IMG/VR virus record: IMGVR_UViG_3300018424_000006
Span: 124,001 to 188,000 of that record
Strand: one strand, 5' to 3'
DNA: 64,000 nt
The notes beneath the pieces were generated by a model. That model did no database searches, was not told the DNA's origin, and worked only from the letters and a program-made list of their open reading frames with translations. The position numbers and the translations under genes are program-made. Position 1 is the first letter of the stretch; every line of letters starts with the position of its first letter. This document shows, piece by piece, positions 8,490-19,187 of this stretch.

Positions 8490-10016
8490 TTATACCCAGT
8501 GAACACTATCGAGTACCTCAACAGACTTTGACTTATCGACAAAATCTTTAAGGTGTCCTATGTCATACTCAACATGCTTCGGAATGTTCATGCATGATAA
8601 GTAATAGAACTTAGGATCGATATCGGGATACAGTTTTATAGGACGAGTACGACCGAGTATTTGTTGACTCAACTGCTTAGATGCAATGGCCGGTGTCATT
8701 ATAGACATATACAAGTTCGGGATATCCTTACCTGTACCACAACTCTTAGGAGTCGTAACAATTATCTCGAAGTCCTCTAAAACTGTCTCGGGTTCTGCTG
8801 CTGTAAATATAGAGACGGACATATCATCACTTAACTTTTCCTTTAAGTAATCAGCTATGATGACACAACTATCAACCATACTTGCAAAGACCAGCATCTT
8901 CATGCCTTCTTTACGATTTGCAAGATACTCTTCTTCAATAATATTGTAAATCATACTGAGGTAGTTCTCAGTCATCTCTCTATTCTTGAAGATGGACTTC
9001 TCAAACTCATTATGACTATAGCCCATCGCACCAATACATTTAATCTTGTTAGGATCATGAGCATGATAGCGATACGACTTAACGTCAATATGTGCATTAT
9101 TCTTAAAGTCTCTAAACCGATCTTTCAGAGGGAAAACAATTTCATAAAGTCTTTTGATCATCATACGACTAGGGTCCAGAGTAGCAGACAAATAAATCTG
9201 CAGCGGGACATTCGTCATGATCGCGCGGCGAACAACTTGATGTAACGCTTCGTGGCATTCGTCGGTTACGGATACGCCCGCACCAATCGTACTGAAGAAT
9301 TTATCAGGAGTCACGTCGTACTCTCGATCTTCTTCCATAGCGCCATGAAGAAATGTTTTCAAGTAATTATTAAAGGTAGTTGAAGATATTAAAATTATCT
9401 TCTCCCGAATATTACCGCTTAGACCTAAGTTGATTAAAGCATGCATGGATTTAGACCCACTAATAACTAGAATATCTTTCTTAGTTAAATTAGTATTCTC
9501 CATTATACTTTTAACCCAAGTAGGTATATGGACTGCTTGACCGAAAATCACTGTACGTTCTTTTCGTTGTGCCAGATATAGTAACGTAGTAAGAGTCTTA
9601 CCCTGTCCCGTAGGTAGAGGCAGTACCCGAATCCGCTTACCCGGCTCGTCCATAAACTTTAATGCAGAAACCTGTCCTTCTCGCGGTGTAATTCCCGGTA
9701 ACTCAAAGTCTATCGGTACGCCCGCATCAGGATGGTTTTCCCGTATCTCGTAATCGTGCTCTTTATAGCCAGCCATTTGTAGCTGACGTAAGAACTTTGG
9801 AAACTCCCCCAATACAAAACCGAAGGTGTCCTTATTTGGATTGGCACAAGCATAAGTCTTTTTAGGGACCTCTATCTTTCGACGGGCACGCTTATTCCAA
9901 ACCTTTTCATATTCTGTCAGCTCTCGACAAAAATTAAAGACAACTTGTCGGTCCGATGCATAGGGAACGAAAACATGAAACCCATGAGAAAACTTCTCTA
10001 TAATGAATTTCTTCAC
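8490..10016 (-). CDS. SF2 DExH helicase (phiKZ gp75-like)
   Basis: LPTGQGKT, DECH, SAT, GTGKDIP and QILGR motifs. Confidence 0.92.
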   Translation of the reverse strand: MKKFIIEKFSHGFHVFVPYASDRQVVFNFCRELTEYEKVWNKRARRKIEVPKKTYACANPNKDTFGFVLGEFPKFLRQLQMAGYKEHDYEIRENHPDAGVPIDFELPGITPREGQVSALKFMDEPGKRIRVLPLPTGQGKTLTTLLYLAQRKERTVIFGQAVHIPTWVKSIMENTNLTKKDILVISGSKSMHALINLGLSGNIREKIILISSTTFNNYLKTFLHGAMEEDREYDVTPDKFFSTIGAGVSVTDECHEALHQVVRRAIMTNVPLQIYLSATLDPSRMMIKRLYEIVFPLKDRFRDFKNNAHIDVKSYRYHAHDPNKIKCIGAMGYSHNEFEKSIFKNREMTENYLSMIYNIIEEEYLANRKEGMKMLVFASMVDSCVIIADYLKEKLSDDMSVSIFTAAEPETVLEDFEIIVTTPKSCGTGKDIPNLYMSIMTPAIASKQLSQQILGRTRPIKLYPDIDPKFYYLSCMNIPKHVEYDIGHLKDFVDKSKSVEVLDSVHWV

Positions 10017-10044
10017 GGCAATTCCCCAACTAAAAATAAATAGA

Positions 10045-10070
10045 TATAGAGGGACCGAAGTCCCCCTATA
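10045..10070 (-). terminator. Terminator-like hairpin
   Basis: GGGAC-UUCG-GTCCC hairpin followed by a U-rich tail on the minus strand. Confidence 0.65.
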
Positions 10071-10080
10071 CTATCAATCG

Positions 10081-12183
10081 CTACTGCGGAGGCGGAGTCG
10101 AGTTACCCAACATCATATCCAACGGATGATCTGGTCGATCTTTATAGATATAGGTTGCAGGGTTAGTCAGAATCTCAGCATGGAATCCAAATGCCATAGC
10201 GCCGCCCATAGAACGGTTCTTAATAACATTATGCATTCCCACAAACTGGAAGTCGCCATCTCCAATCGGCATACGGTAATTACCGTTATCCGGATCAATA
10301 CACATTAATGAACGTATAAAGACTTCTACTTCAGAGAAGTTTACGTTAATACGCGTTGCCCGTTCATTGCCGGGGATATCAGGAGGCGTCAAAATATCTA
10401 GGAAAGTTTCCATTGCTTCTTCGGCACTGGCGCAGTCTAGAACAGTTTGCATTTCAGCAGCTTTTGTATCGGTCTTCTTCTCAGGACTACCTAGAAGGAA
10501 GGTCATGATGGTGTTTAGGAAACTCATCATATCTTCGTTTTTACGCGGAGACATTAAGAATGGTTTCGAGAAATCCCATCCTTTCAAATCAAACGTTACG
10601 CTGTTCTCATCAAAAGTCCAACCTCGCTTCTTAGCGAATACTAGGAAGTCTGTAGTTAATGCAGACCCTGTACCGGAAATTTCTGTATCGAACTTAACGC
10701 TACGAACTACCTTGTTGTTTTTATCCAACAATTCTAGCTCAACGTTACGAACGTGAGAAATACGGCTAGGCGTTAGAGTACGGGCATCTTTCGCTTCAGA
10801 TAAGTTACCGATGTTTGAAACTTGTAGGCTAGGAATACGCATTACGTAGCGCAGTTCATCTTTGCCCATTAGTTTATCAACCACCTTACCAACTTTCTCT
10901 TTGGCTTTCTCGATAATGCCTTTCGGCTTATGAGAAGGATCGTTCAATGATACGAGCCATTTCTTTTCTTTGTTCAGGTGCACAAACGCCAATGCTGACT
11001 TAGGCAGATCTAGATACAAAGATTCCATACTTACTTCCAAGTGCTTTGTAGATAACAAGCGCTGGGAAATCTGGGAGCAGGGCCCAATAGATAGGAAATG
11101 GCCAACGTGTACTTTCGGCGGAATGATCAATGCATTGTGACCTAGACAGGTACGACATACATTTTGACCAGTGCCATTTGCACACTTTAATATAGAACGT
11201 ACTTTGATGGTTTCTCCAATCAAGTAGTCCATTGAACTTTCGAACTTCGTAAGCTTCTTGTGTTTCTTGCTTATGAAGTATTTGCCCTGTAGAATCTTCA
11301 GGTCGTCTTTACGTACCGTCCAATTCAAGAACTCTCTCGTTCCACAATCGTCTTCGGCTACATGACCAATCGACCCAACTAAAAGCTGCACTCGACGGTT
11401 AAAGTATTCTGACGTTTGTAGCGGAGCATCTTGCATATACAAGGCTCGCTTAGCAGAACAACTTTCTGTAGCAGAATCATAAAGGGTAGACAGGCCTTCA
11501 CCATAACTCACTTCGATTGGTAACGGGAATGTCTCACCATTAATATCTTTCGTGTAACCACGGAAGTCGGTAGTCTGCGCAATAGAACGACGATCCAAAG
11601 TACCTGACGAAATACCTTTACGGATTTCATTGGTTGCTAATAAAGGATCATTAGATTGCATCAGAGCCAGCGAACTATCGTAAACGTTTTCGATACGTTC
11701 ACCGTTAGACAGATCCATGTTATTGGCTTCTGCGTGATAGTTTTGTTTCGCTGCAACTACCTCTGGGTGAGTGATTGCCTCAAACAAATCTTTAAGGGAT
11801 AACGTATTTACATACGCCCCCAACAAATCCCCAACGTCATTAAACAGATCGTTAGTTGCTTCGTAGATTGCTTTAGCTAGTTTATATACAGTATCGTATT
11901 CCGGATTCGGCATACTGTTATAAACATTCCAAAATACCGTTGACGCGATATTTAAATGGTGTCCGCCTGTATAAGCACCGCCTTCCAATACATCTTCACA
12001 TAAAGGATTTGCACGATTGCTAAACAAGGCATAAAGACGCCAATAATACCACGTCAAGATAATACGACGGGAGGTAGTTTCCACCTCGCCGTCTTTGCAA
12101 GAAATGGTATACTTACCTTTCTGCATATTCCAGACATCGTCTTTAGACATTCTGACAATTTCTTTTGCCTGAATATAAAGCAT
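10081..12183 (-). CDS. Non-virion RNA polymerase beta' subunit, C-terminal part (gp74-like)
   Basis: RGY.KDING, SYGEGL, SEYFNRR, DCGT, RSILKC...VCRTC.G and SQRLLSTKH motifs. Confidence 0.92.
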   Translation of the reverse strand: MLYIQAKEIVRMSKDDVWNMQKGKYTISCKDGEVETTSRRIILTWYYWRLYALFSNRANPLCEDVLEGGAYTGGHHLNIASTVFWNVYNSMPNPEYDTVYKLAKAIYEATNDLFNDVGDLLGAYVNTLSLKDLFEAITHPEVVAAKQNYHAEANNMDLSNGERIENVYDSSLALMQSNDPLLATNEIRKGISSGTLDRRSIAQTTDFRGYTKDINGETFPLPIEVSYGEGLSTLYDSATESCSAKRALYMQDAPLQTSEYFNRRVQLLVGSIGHVAEDDCGTREFLNWTVRKDDLKILQGKYFISKKHKKLTKFESSMDYLIGETIKVRSILKCANGTGQNVCRTCLGHNALIIPPKVHVGHFLSIGPCSQISQRLLSTKHLEVSMESLYLDLPKSALAFVHLNKEKKWLVSLNDPSHKPKGIIEKAKEKVGKVVDKLMGKDELRYVMRIPSLQVSNIGNLSEAKDARTLTPSRISHVRNVELELLDKNNKVVRSVKFDTEISGTGSALTTDFLVFAKKRGWTFDENSVTFDLKGWDFSKPFLMSPRKNEDMMSFLNTIMTFLLGSPEKKTDTKAAEMQTVLDCASAEEAMETFLDILTPPDIPGNERATRINVNFSEVEVFIRSLMCIDPDNGNYRMPIGDGDFQFVGMHNVIKNRSMGGAMAFGFHAEILTNPATYIYKDRPDHPLDMMLGNSTPPPQ

Positions 12184-12195
12184 GTATACTCCCCT

Positions 12196-14244
12196 TTATA
12201 CATTCTCGATTCCGACACCCTGAGAATTCAGGAGGTGATTAACAAAGGCACATGCTCGTTCATTCCCTAGGGGGAACTTCTCACGATCAACAACCATTGG
12301 AATATCCGACGGGTTCTCTGCCATTAATATGTTCTTCACCACTTCACGGTGTACGGCTGGGTTGGTAGTTAGGCCAATTAAATGCGCGGTGGCTGTGCTA
12401 CCGATTGAACCACTTAATGCTCTACCCTCAGACTCACCGTATACACGAGGGGCCTGTTCTTTGGTTGGAGTAGAATAACGAGTAGCTCGGCTGCTAGATG
12501 CTGGTAAGCCGTGGTGTTGTAAACGAGGACCAGTACAAGCCATAGACTTGGATTCTGATTTCTCAAGAACAATCATGTACTTACCGCCGATTAATACTTC
12601 GGACTTGGTACGTACTCGGTTACCTGCGCTGTTGGTGTAGGTTACTGGCGAAATGTTAACTGGACGGAATTCTTCCATTTTCCTATACAAGTCAATGGTT
12701 GTCCAATCATTATCTGCCGGGATGTGCAAATAGATTCCATCTCGATAGACAGTTTCTAAATGGGCATTACGCTTATTACCCTTAAGCTTTCTGAATAAGT
12801 CTGCCATTGGCGGACTTGCAATTTCATAGTACTTAAGTAGATGAATAGCTGCACCATCCATATCGCCTTTATCCATCATTGCTTTAACATCAAGCGTGAT
12901 GTCACGACTAGCTGCATTAATGTACTGTTCATACAACTGACCCGGGTTTAGACGGGCTATTGCAGAACGACCATAAACACAGACATCTGCCACGTTACCG
13001 AAATCATCGGTAGGCATTTGATCGTCAGGCAAAATTACGCACTCTACACCTTTACCGCCATGAAGATCCGAAAGTTTAGCAGATTCCATTAAATCGAAAT
13101 CGTATTCATACTTAACTTCTACGCGGAACTCATTTAGCTCAGCAGCACGATAGGTTCGCTTAATGGACTTAGAAGCATGATTAAGCTTTGCTCGGTTTTC
13201 TGCATTAGGCTCGTAGGCATATGCCCGGGCGAACAACGACAAAAGTTTCGGCTGAATCTTACTGTCGTTACCAGACATTTGAATTGACTTACGAATATCC
13301 AGTAGCTTATCAAAATATGCTTTCTGCAAATCGTTATATCGCAAAGCCTGTCCGGCCAGCTCGTCTGGTACCGTCCGGTAACGAGTCTTTGAGTTGGTAC
13401 AGTTAAGTACATCGACATCATATATCAAGGCACCCGGCTTACCGAATATCAAATCATCGAAAACCAAATCTGGTTCCATTAAAGCTTCTGGCGTTAAGGC
13501 TATTGCATCAACTGCACTGCCTTTCTTACGACGCCCAAAAACAATCCCATGGTCTGGGACTCGATCCCCCACGTCTGGATGGATCTTAGGATTTTCCGGA
13601 GTACCATAAAGGTTCAACGGTACCCAATCTCCTCCAAACTCAATCACTCGGCTGGAGACGCCTTTACTTTTACAGCGTTCGTTAAACGATTCCGATACTA
13701 CAAAACCGTCCTCTATTACACCGGGTACGCCTAGATAACATACGTTAGCCATTACGCCCGGAGAATAATATCCGTTCTTGATATTATTACTGTAGGATAG
13801 CATGGTACCTTTCTCAATGAAATCGCCACGCTGAAGATGCTGATAAGCTGGATTGATCTGGCTCTTAAAACCAAATGTATCATGATTCTTATGGTACATC
13901 TCGATATCCATAGTATCGAAGTTTCCAAATTCATCTTGATAGATAATAGTTGTAAGAGGGTTAGTTTTAATCGCATATTCCCCATACTGTGCCGAGTATT
14001 TAGGAATAACATCTACGATCGTTAAATCACACGGTGCCTTTGTACCGAAAACATATTCGGACATTTGGGTTTCGAATCCATGAAGACAACGTGAAGGTTC
14101 GGCTCCTGCAACTTGAATTGCTTGTGCTAACTGACTAGTTACCATAGCTAGACGAGATGAGGAATCTTTCGTAACAAATGAAGTATACGTGGATGCAGCG
14201 CCCATTGCTTGAACGTCATTATGCATCTTTGTGGGTTGGTTCAT
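12196..14244 (-). CDS. Non-virion RNA polymerase beta subunit, C-terminal part (gp71-73-like), intronless
   Basis: DSSSRLAM..SQLAQA, IEDGFVVSES, KLSDLHGGKG, RLNPGQLYE and RVYGESE motifs. Confidence 0.93.
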   Translation of the reverse strand: MNQPTKMHNDVQAMGAASTYTSFVTKDSSSRLAMVTSQLAQAIQVAGAEPSRCLHGFETQMSEYVFGTKAPCDLTIVDVIPKYSAQYGEYAIKTNPLTTIIYQDEFGNFDTMDIEMYHKNHDTFGFKSQINPAYQHLQRGDFIEKGTMLSYSNNIKNGYYSPGVMANVCYLGVPGVIEDGFVVSESFNERCKSKGVSSRVIEFGGDWVPLNLYGTPENPKIHPDVGDRVPDHGIVFGRRKKGSAVDAIALTPEALMEPDLVFDDLIFGKPGALIYDVDVLNCTNSKTRYRTVPDELAGQALRYNDLQKAYFDKLLDIRKSIQMSGNDSKIQPKLLSLFARAYAYEPNAENRAKLNHASKSIKRTYRAAELNEFRVEVKYEYDFDLMESAKLSDLHGGKGVECVILPDDQMPTDDFGNVADVCVYGRSAIARLNPGQLYEQYINAASRDITLDVKAMMDKGDMDGAAIHLLKYYEIASPPMADLFRKLKGNKRNAHLETVYRDGIYLHIPADNDWTTIDLYRKMEEFRPVNISPVTYTNSAGNRVRTKSEVLIGGKYMIVLEKSESKSMACTGPRLQHHGLPASSSRATRYSTPTKEQAPRVYGESEGRALSGSIGSTATAHLIGLTTNPAVHREVVKNILMAENPSDIPMVVDREKFPLGNERACAFVNHLLNSQGVGIENV

Positions 14245-14277
14245 TTAATACTCCGTATTGTTTGTTAACCCTTAAAA

Positions 14278-14285
14278 GTAATATA
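14278..14285 (-). promoter_or_regulatory. Early promoter TATATTAC for the nvRNAP beta/beta' operon
   Basis: Exact motif 34 nt upstream of the start codon. Confidence 0.75.
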
Positions 14286-14315
14286 GTTTTGAAAAACTCT
14301 CGAACAGGAAAAGTC

Positions 14316-14657
14316 ATGACTCAACCAATTCATAGCCTTCAGCAGAATAAAGGCAATCCAGAGTACTATAGTACTGAGTTTAAGCAACTACTTGAGGACC
14401 ATTTACCAAATATTAAAACCCGTTACATGCGTACATTTGTTCCTACTGAAGAACAGAATATGCGTGCAGAAGGAGACTTCTATGGCCTGTTGACTGAACA
14501 TAATATTCCAATGGATCTACATTGGGTAACTATGCGAATCAACGGTTTGACCTCTCCTACGGACTATGAAGGTAATTTGGCAACGGTCTTCATACCAGAT
14601 GCGTCGGTAATCTCTGGTTTACTTCAGAAATTTAGGGCCAAAAAGTCATTGGCTTAA
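14316..14657 (+). CDS. Conserved small protein, LysM/T4 gp53-like baseplate-type (gp70.1 position)
   Basis: Start ATG 14316 after AGGA; YGLL...LHWVTMRINGLTSP...VFIPD pattern. Confidence 0.55.
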   Translation: MTQPIHSLQQNKGNPEYYSTEFKQLLEDHLPNIKTRYMRTFVPTEEQNMRAEGDFYGLLTEHNIPMDLHWVTMRINGLTSPTDYEGNLATVFIPDASVISGLLQKFRAKKSLA

Positions 14658-14664
14658 GAAAGAA

Positions 14665-14703
14665 AAATATAGACGGGAGGGCTTACGCCCCCTGTCTATA
14701 TTT
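14665..14703. terminator. Bidirectional terminator
   Basis: Long inverted repeat between convergent genes, followed by TTATGCCG. Confidence 0.8.
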
Positions 14704-14712
14704 ATGCCGTCA

Positions 14713-16242
14713 TTAGAACGTAGTTCCAATTGGCTGTTGCGGCATACGACCGATAGGTTGCCCTTGAGCATTATAGACAGTGCCATACTGATCTACACTA
14801 CTTCCCGGAGGAAATTGAGGCTGCTGCATAGGCTGACCATATTGCTGTGGCGGTACCATCTGAGGCTGTGCCGCATACTGAACAGGTTGCTGGACTGGTT
14901 GCTGATATACCGGCTGCTGTTGAGGAACTGCCATAGGCTGTTGCGGAGCGTTAGGATTCCAACCCCCACGCTGTGGCGCTTGATAACCTACAGGCTGCCC
15001 GCCATAAGGCATTTGCTGCATTTGGTCTTGCTGACTAATGCGAGCCATACGCTGCTCACGGCTTTCTTCTACAGGTTGCTGGACTGGTTGTTGGACTGGT
15101 TGCTGATATACCGGCTGTTGCTGCGGAGCAACTTGGGCCATAGCAGGAGCCTGAGTTTGGGCTACAGGAGCAGTCTGAACTGGAGCTGCTTCTGGAGCTG
15201 GTGCCATTACTGGCGCAGGCTCATTTAATGCTTTCTTGGCAGCAGCAACGTTGAAAATAGAACTCGACATTGTAGGTTCATCTTCCTTGTATGGACTTTC
15301 AGGTTTAGGGGCTTCGGCTGGCACAGTTTTAACAGGTACTTCAGTTGTCTCTTGTTTAACGGAAGGATCTTCATTCTTACCGCCACCCAAGTTACCCTCG
15401 AAGTTCATATTAAGTTCTGCGTCATGCATCTTTTCCAGATTTGGAATAACGCGCTTCCAACTAAGATCGGTCATAAAATCTTCCACGTCATGGGCAGACT
15501 TCAGAGCGGTCAAATAGTCATTAAATGTCGTCATGATAGCAACGTATGCTTTCAGCAGTGATTCAAAATACGGATGGCTGCGACTAGCACTACCTTCCTT
15601 AACTGTTTGATTAAGGACTGTAGAATATGCAACTCGTAGATTGTTCAATGCACGACGACTTGGAGGCTTAATTCCAAACGGCTGCTCTTCTTCTAAAGTC
15701 TTTAGAATGCGCGGACTAATAATTGTAATCCGGCTAAACTCTTTAGATTCAGATGCAGAAGTTCTAATGGAGCGATGCTGAGTCAACTTTTCTTTCGACT
15801 TAGCAATCGCCTCATTAATAGACGCCCAGTATTTCACGTCCCGGTCGTTAATCGGAGTTTCAAAATCACTGATCAATTCAAAGGCATCTTCAGGCAGGTG
15901 CTTCTGATAGTCAGTGTGTCGAGCAGTTTCATAAACCATGCTGGCGACAAGTAATGCGATCTTGTCAACCTTGGCTTTCGTAAATCTCGCTAAGAAGTTA
16001 AATACTTCAGAACGTCCACGGAAACAATTTTCGGATGTTGGGTGGAATTTCAACATGGTGTGATCTTCCGGCATAGACAAAACCTTCTCTGTAGGAAGGA
16101 ATAGTCGACCATCAGTCTTACCATGAATGGAATGGTTGTATGGCACAACAATTTGTTCGCCATTATAAAGAAGTTCATCGTTTTCACCGATAGTGATATC
16201 AAGTGAAGCAAGGTACTTCTTATAGAACGTAATGAGTTTCAT
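14713..16242 (-). CDS. Conserved protein (gp70-like) with a Q/P-rich disordered C-terminus
   Basis: FHPTSEN..RG.SEV motif; directly follows the gp69-like gene; QQPV repeats. Confidence 0.7.
   Translation of the reverse strand: MKLITFYKKYLASLDITIGENDELLYNGEQIVVPYNHSIHGKTDGRLFLPTEKVLSMPEDHTMLKFHPTSENCFRGRSEVFNFLARFTKAKVDKIALLVASMVYETARHTDYQKHLPEDAFELISDFETPINDRDVKYWASINEAIAKSKEKLTQHRSIRTSASESKEFSRITIISPRILKTLEEEQPFGIKPPSRRALNNLRVAYSTVLNQTVKEGSASRSHPYFESLLKAYVAIMTTFNDYLTALKSAHDVEDFMTDLSWKRVIPNLEKMHDAELNMNFEGNLGGGKNEDPSVKQETTEVPVKTVPAEAPKPESPYKEDEPTMSSSIFNVAAAKKALNEPAPVMAPAPEAAPVQTAPVAQTQAPAMAQVAPQQQPVYQQPVQQPVQQPVEESREQRMARISQQDQMQQMPYGGQPVGYQAPQRGGWNPNAPQQPMAVPQQQPVYQQPVQQPVQYAAQPQMVPPQQYGQPMQQPQFPPGSSVDQYGTVYNAQGQPIGRMPQQPIGTTF
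14891..15116. repeat. Coding direct repeats (QQPVYQQPVQQPV)
   Basis: TGGACTGGTTGCTGATATACCGGCTG occurs at about 14891 and 15092, plus 12-nt QQPV units. Confidence 0.75.
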
Positions 16243-16254
16243 ACTGTTCCCTAG

Positions 16255-17700
16255 TTACATTTGGAATTGTCCAGCCAAGTGGATTGCAGGCTGAAATGTA
16301 GAGTCAATTGCTAGACGTAAGTCAGATGCAACGTTGTTTAGTTGGTCTTGGCTAACGCCTACTACCGGAGTAGTGATTGAGTTGCAGAAAGCTGGAGCAC
16401 TAAATACGCACCATTCTTTACCGTCGATACTTAGATTAATATCAACGTTACCCATCAAGTTACACGACACGTTGATAGTAAACAGCGTGCAATTTGGAAC
16501 AACACAGGCGGCCATGATTTCATCAATCAATACTCGCTCAAGTGCCATCATTTTCATTGGGTTAATTGGAACTTCTGAAAACATGGAAATCGGATCGCTC
16601 GTAGGAGCCAGGGCCGGAGAATTTGTCATGTTTTGATTACTCATCTCGAAGCTAAAGCCGGAGATAAAGAAGTCGCCAAGAATGGTTGGTACTAAGTGAG
16701 TCAGGGTATAAGCAATCTTAGTTTCGATTGTACTCATGCCCCAGTCCATTGAATGCTGAGCCATATCAACGATTTCACCATTACCCAAGAATTGGATTGC
16801 ATAGGTGCCATCGTTGTAGTCTGGCCAAAGCTGCTGAACGTCACCAAGCGTTACTGTACGAGTTGTAGCGTATCCACAACGACGATCCATTTCAGTTAAG
16901 AACTGGGAGTTGGTGTGAGTCGCTTCACGTAAGTTTTCTGCTGCGTGATTACAAGTAAAGTCTTCTGAGCCATAACCGCAGTCGTCGTCATTCATAGCCA
17001 TGTTATAGCTGTTCAACACCCCACTCAGGAATTGACCAGAACGAACATTGCCTGTTTTAGACATACAAACTTTGTTATTCAAAGAAGTACGAGAATCCAC
17101 CACATTGGCATCATACATTGTCAAAGAACCCTGACCCATGGTGAGTAGAGTATCCTGGGGACGCATACCTACGCCATCTACTTGGCCATGTCCTGCCAAA
17201 GCAATTGGATTCAATACTTGTGATAACTTACGATCACTAGTCGCATGGTTTTCAATGCCCATTGCGGTCTGGGTCGCCATGATTTCATAAGGCATGAAAC
17301 CATTAAACCAGATGAACATGCCCGGATCTAGAAATCCGTTATGGGAGGCGTCTACTTTATCCGTAAAGCCAGTTAGCATTTCATATGCCTTACCAGTTGG
17401 ACGCGAAACTTCAATAAGCATGTAAACTGCAAACCGGCGTTCTTGCCAACCATTAGCAATGTCCAGTTGTCCGGAGGATTGTACTCTAGGCGTGAATAAT
17501 TTATTCGCTACGCCGTTTAAAGCAGGAGCAGATAAACTACCAGAGCCGTCCATTACACGGGAACTAATATTTTGCAATTCTAGCTCGATCTCTGAATTGA
17601 ACGTAGTGTCAAAAGGACGGTAGTGCTGTTGTCCTTGAGCAGCCTGCTCAACAAAGAACATACGCTTTAGTGTTAACGTAGGCTGGTAAAAGTGATTCAT
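16255..17700 (-). CDS. picA: Phage-nucleus protein import factor PicA/Imp1 (gp69-like)
   Basis: IANGWQERRF, RPQD and APAFC motifs; position right after the gp68-like gene; start ATG 17700 after AGGA. Confidence 0.7.
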   Translation of the reverse strand: MNHFYQPTLTLKRMFFVEQAAQGQQHYRPFDTTFNSEIELELQNISSRVMDGSGSLSAPALNGVANKLFTPRVQSSGQLDIANGWQERRFAVYMLIEVSRPTGKAYEMLTGFTDKVDASHNGFLDPGMFIWFNGFMPYEIMATQTAMGIENHATSDRKLSQVLNPIALAGHGQVDGVGMRPQDTLLTMGQGSLTMYDANVVDSRTSLNNKVCMSKTGNVRSGQFLSGVLNSYNMAMNDDDCGYGSEDFTCNHAAENLREATHTNSQFLTEMDRRCGYATTRTVTLGDVQQLWPDYNDGTYAIQFLGNGEIVDMAQHSMDWGMSTIETKIAYTLTHLVPTILGDFFISGFSFEMSNQNMTNSPALAPTSDPISMFSEVPINPMKMMALERVLIDEIMAACVVPNCTLFTINVSCNLMGNVDINLSIDGKEWCVFSAPAFCNSITTPVVGVSQDQLNNVASDLRLAIDSTFQPAIHLAGQFQM

Positions 17701-17721
17701 AATGGGTTTTTCCTGTTTCAA

Positions 17722-19143
17722 TTAAAGCAAAAGGAATTTAGCATAACTGTTTCGAATATCAGTCAAGTAGAATTGATCGATATCCCAGTCGTAAGTATTC
17801 AGGAATTTCACTAGGGCTTGGATAGCTTTCAAGCCTTCGTTTTCTGCTTTACTTGACTTAGAACGTTTAGAGATATAGAAATACTTTTCCTTCAGCGCTA
17901 ATTCATGAGGCTTCTGCAATGCGTTCATTGAGAATCCACCAATCTTCATGGCATTGGGATCTTTATCGATACGTTCGGCAATGATCAGCTCAGCTAAGTC
18001 TTGGAAACCTAATTGAATTAGTTTCACGTAGGCTACAGCTATAGCAGATTGCATTGACGGTAAGTCAAGATGCTGGGTCGTATGCAGATGCATTTGACGG
18101 TGCAGTACCTTGGTTACAATTGGGTGGTGGAAATCGGATATAAAGAACGAAGGAATCTTCTCCATCTTCTCTCGAGCTTTAAGAACCATTTGCCACTGTT
18201 CATCGGTCATATCTTCGATTGCGTCTTTGGCTAAACGCGGGGTATCGGTGATATAAGTTTTAGCACACTCTATGACATAGTCCGGCACAGCTTGAGCAAT
18301 ACGGAATTGTTCCGCCTGTGAGTCACGATCTTGTTCCTCAGAGTTATTTACTCGACGCATATTCGGACCTTTCATAAGGTCTACTTTTTCATCCTTTAGG
18401 AAATTGAAAATTCCCGTAATCAGATTTTTACTTTCTACTTGGAATCGATGCGGAGGAATCCGCTTAACGATTGCGCCCGCTAAGAAATAAAACGGAATTT
18501 GTGTTTCCGGCATTTGCAGTGTAATTGAAGCATTAGACTTGTCTTTTATTTTCTCTGCACTAACAGTACAGTAACGCTTTAACTTCATTAAGGCTTCAGT
18601 CTTCATAAACTGAGAATCATTAATGAGTAGTAGAGCGTACAACTCCTTTTTCTTCGTACCTACTTCATTCATCATTTCATAGGTAAATTCTCCCCAGATG
18701 GGAGTAAGTGCTTTCACTACAGTTGAAAATGCCACTAATTTAAAGTAGTCACGTTTCAGATACGTTTGATCTTTATCATGGCTACCATAATCGTCAAGGA
18801 ATGAAGAATCCATATTGATATACTCGCCCTTCATAAGTTCTTCAACTTCGTCTAGGTTATGTAAGTCAACAAGTTCACAACAGATTCTTGACAGTTCAGG
18901 GTCTCTTGGTCCGATAGCTTGGTCAGAACTTAATAAGTCATGAGCAGCTAGATAGAGTTCAGAAACTTTGTTTTGGAATGCCTCCCCCTTGGAATCCCAA
19001 TACAAGAATAGAAGTCCGAAAACATCGCCATCGTTTTCGTGCTTAATTCTGCTCCACGTATGACTGGTCCACTCTAGCTCAATGCCATTATGTTCCGTCA
19101 AAATTCCGTGGCGTTTCCGTTCACTTTTGAGTAATATTCTCAT
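17722..19143 (-). CDS. Non-virion RNAP sigma-like subunit (gp68-like)
   Basis: TYLKRDY..L...KALTPIWGEF...KKELYA motif, size and synteny. Confidence 0.8.
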   Translation of the reverse strand: MRILLKSERKRHGILTEHNGIELEWTSHTWSRIKHENDGDVFGLLFLYWDSKGEAFQNKVSELYLAAHDLLSSDQAIGPRDPELSRICCELVDLHNLDEVEELMKGEYINMDSSFLDDYGSHDKDQTYLKRDYFKLVAFSTVVKALTPIWGEFTYEMMNEVGTKKKELYALLLINDSQFMKTEALMKLKRYCTVSAEKIKDKSNASITLQMPETQIPFYFLAGAIVKRIPPHRFQVESKNLITGIFNFLKDEKVDLMKGPNMRRVNNSEEQDRDSQAEQFRIAQAVPDYVIECAKTYITDTPRLAKDAIEDMTDEQWQMVLKAREKMEKIPSFFISDFHHPIVTKVLHRQMHLHTTQHLDLPSMQSAIAVAYVKLIQLGFQDLAELIIAERIDKDPNAMKIGGFSMNALQKPHELALKEKYFYISKRSKSSKAENEGLKAIQALVKFLNTYDWDIDQFYLTDIRNSYAKFLLL

Positions 19144-19187
19144 AGTGTAACCTTTGTTTCTCCCGTTTATTATTAAGGCTCATGTAG

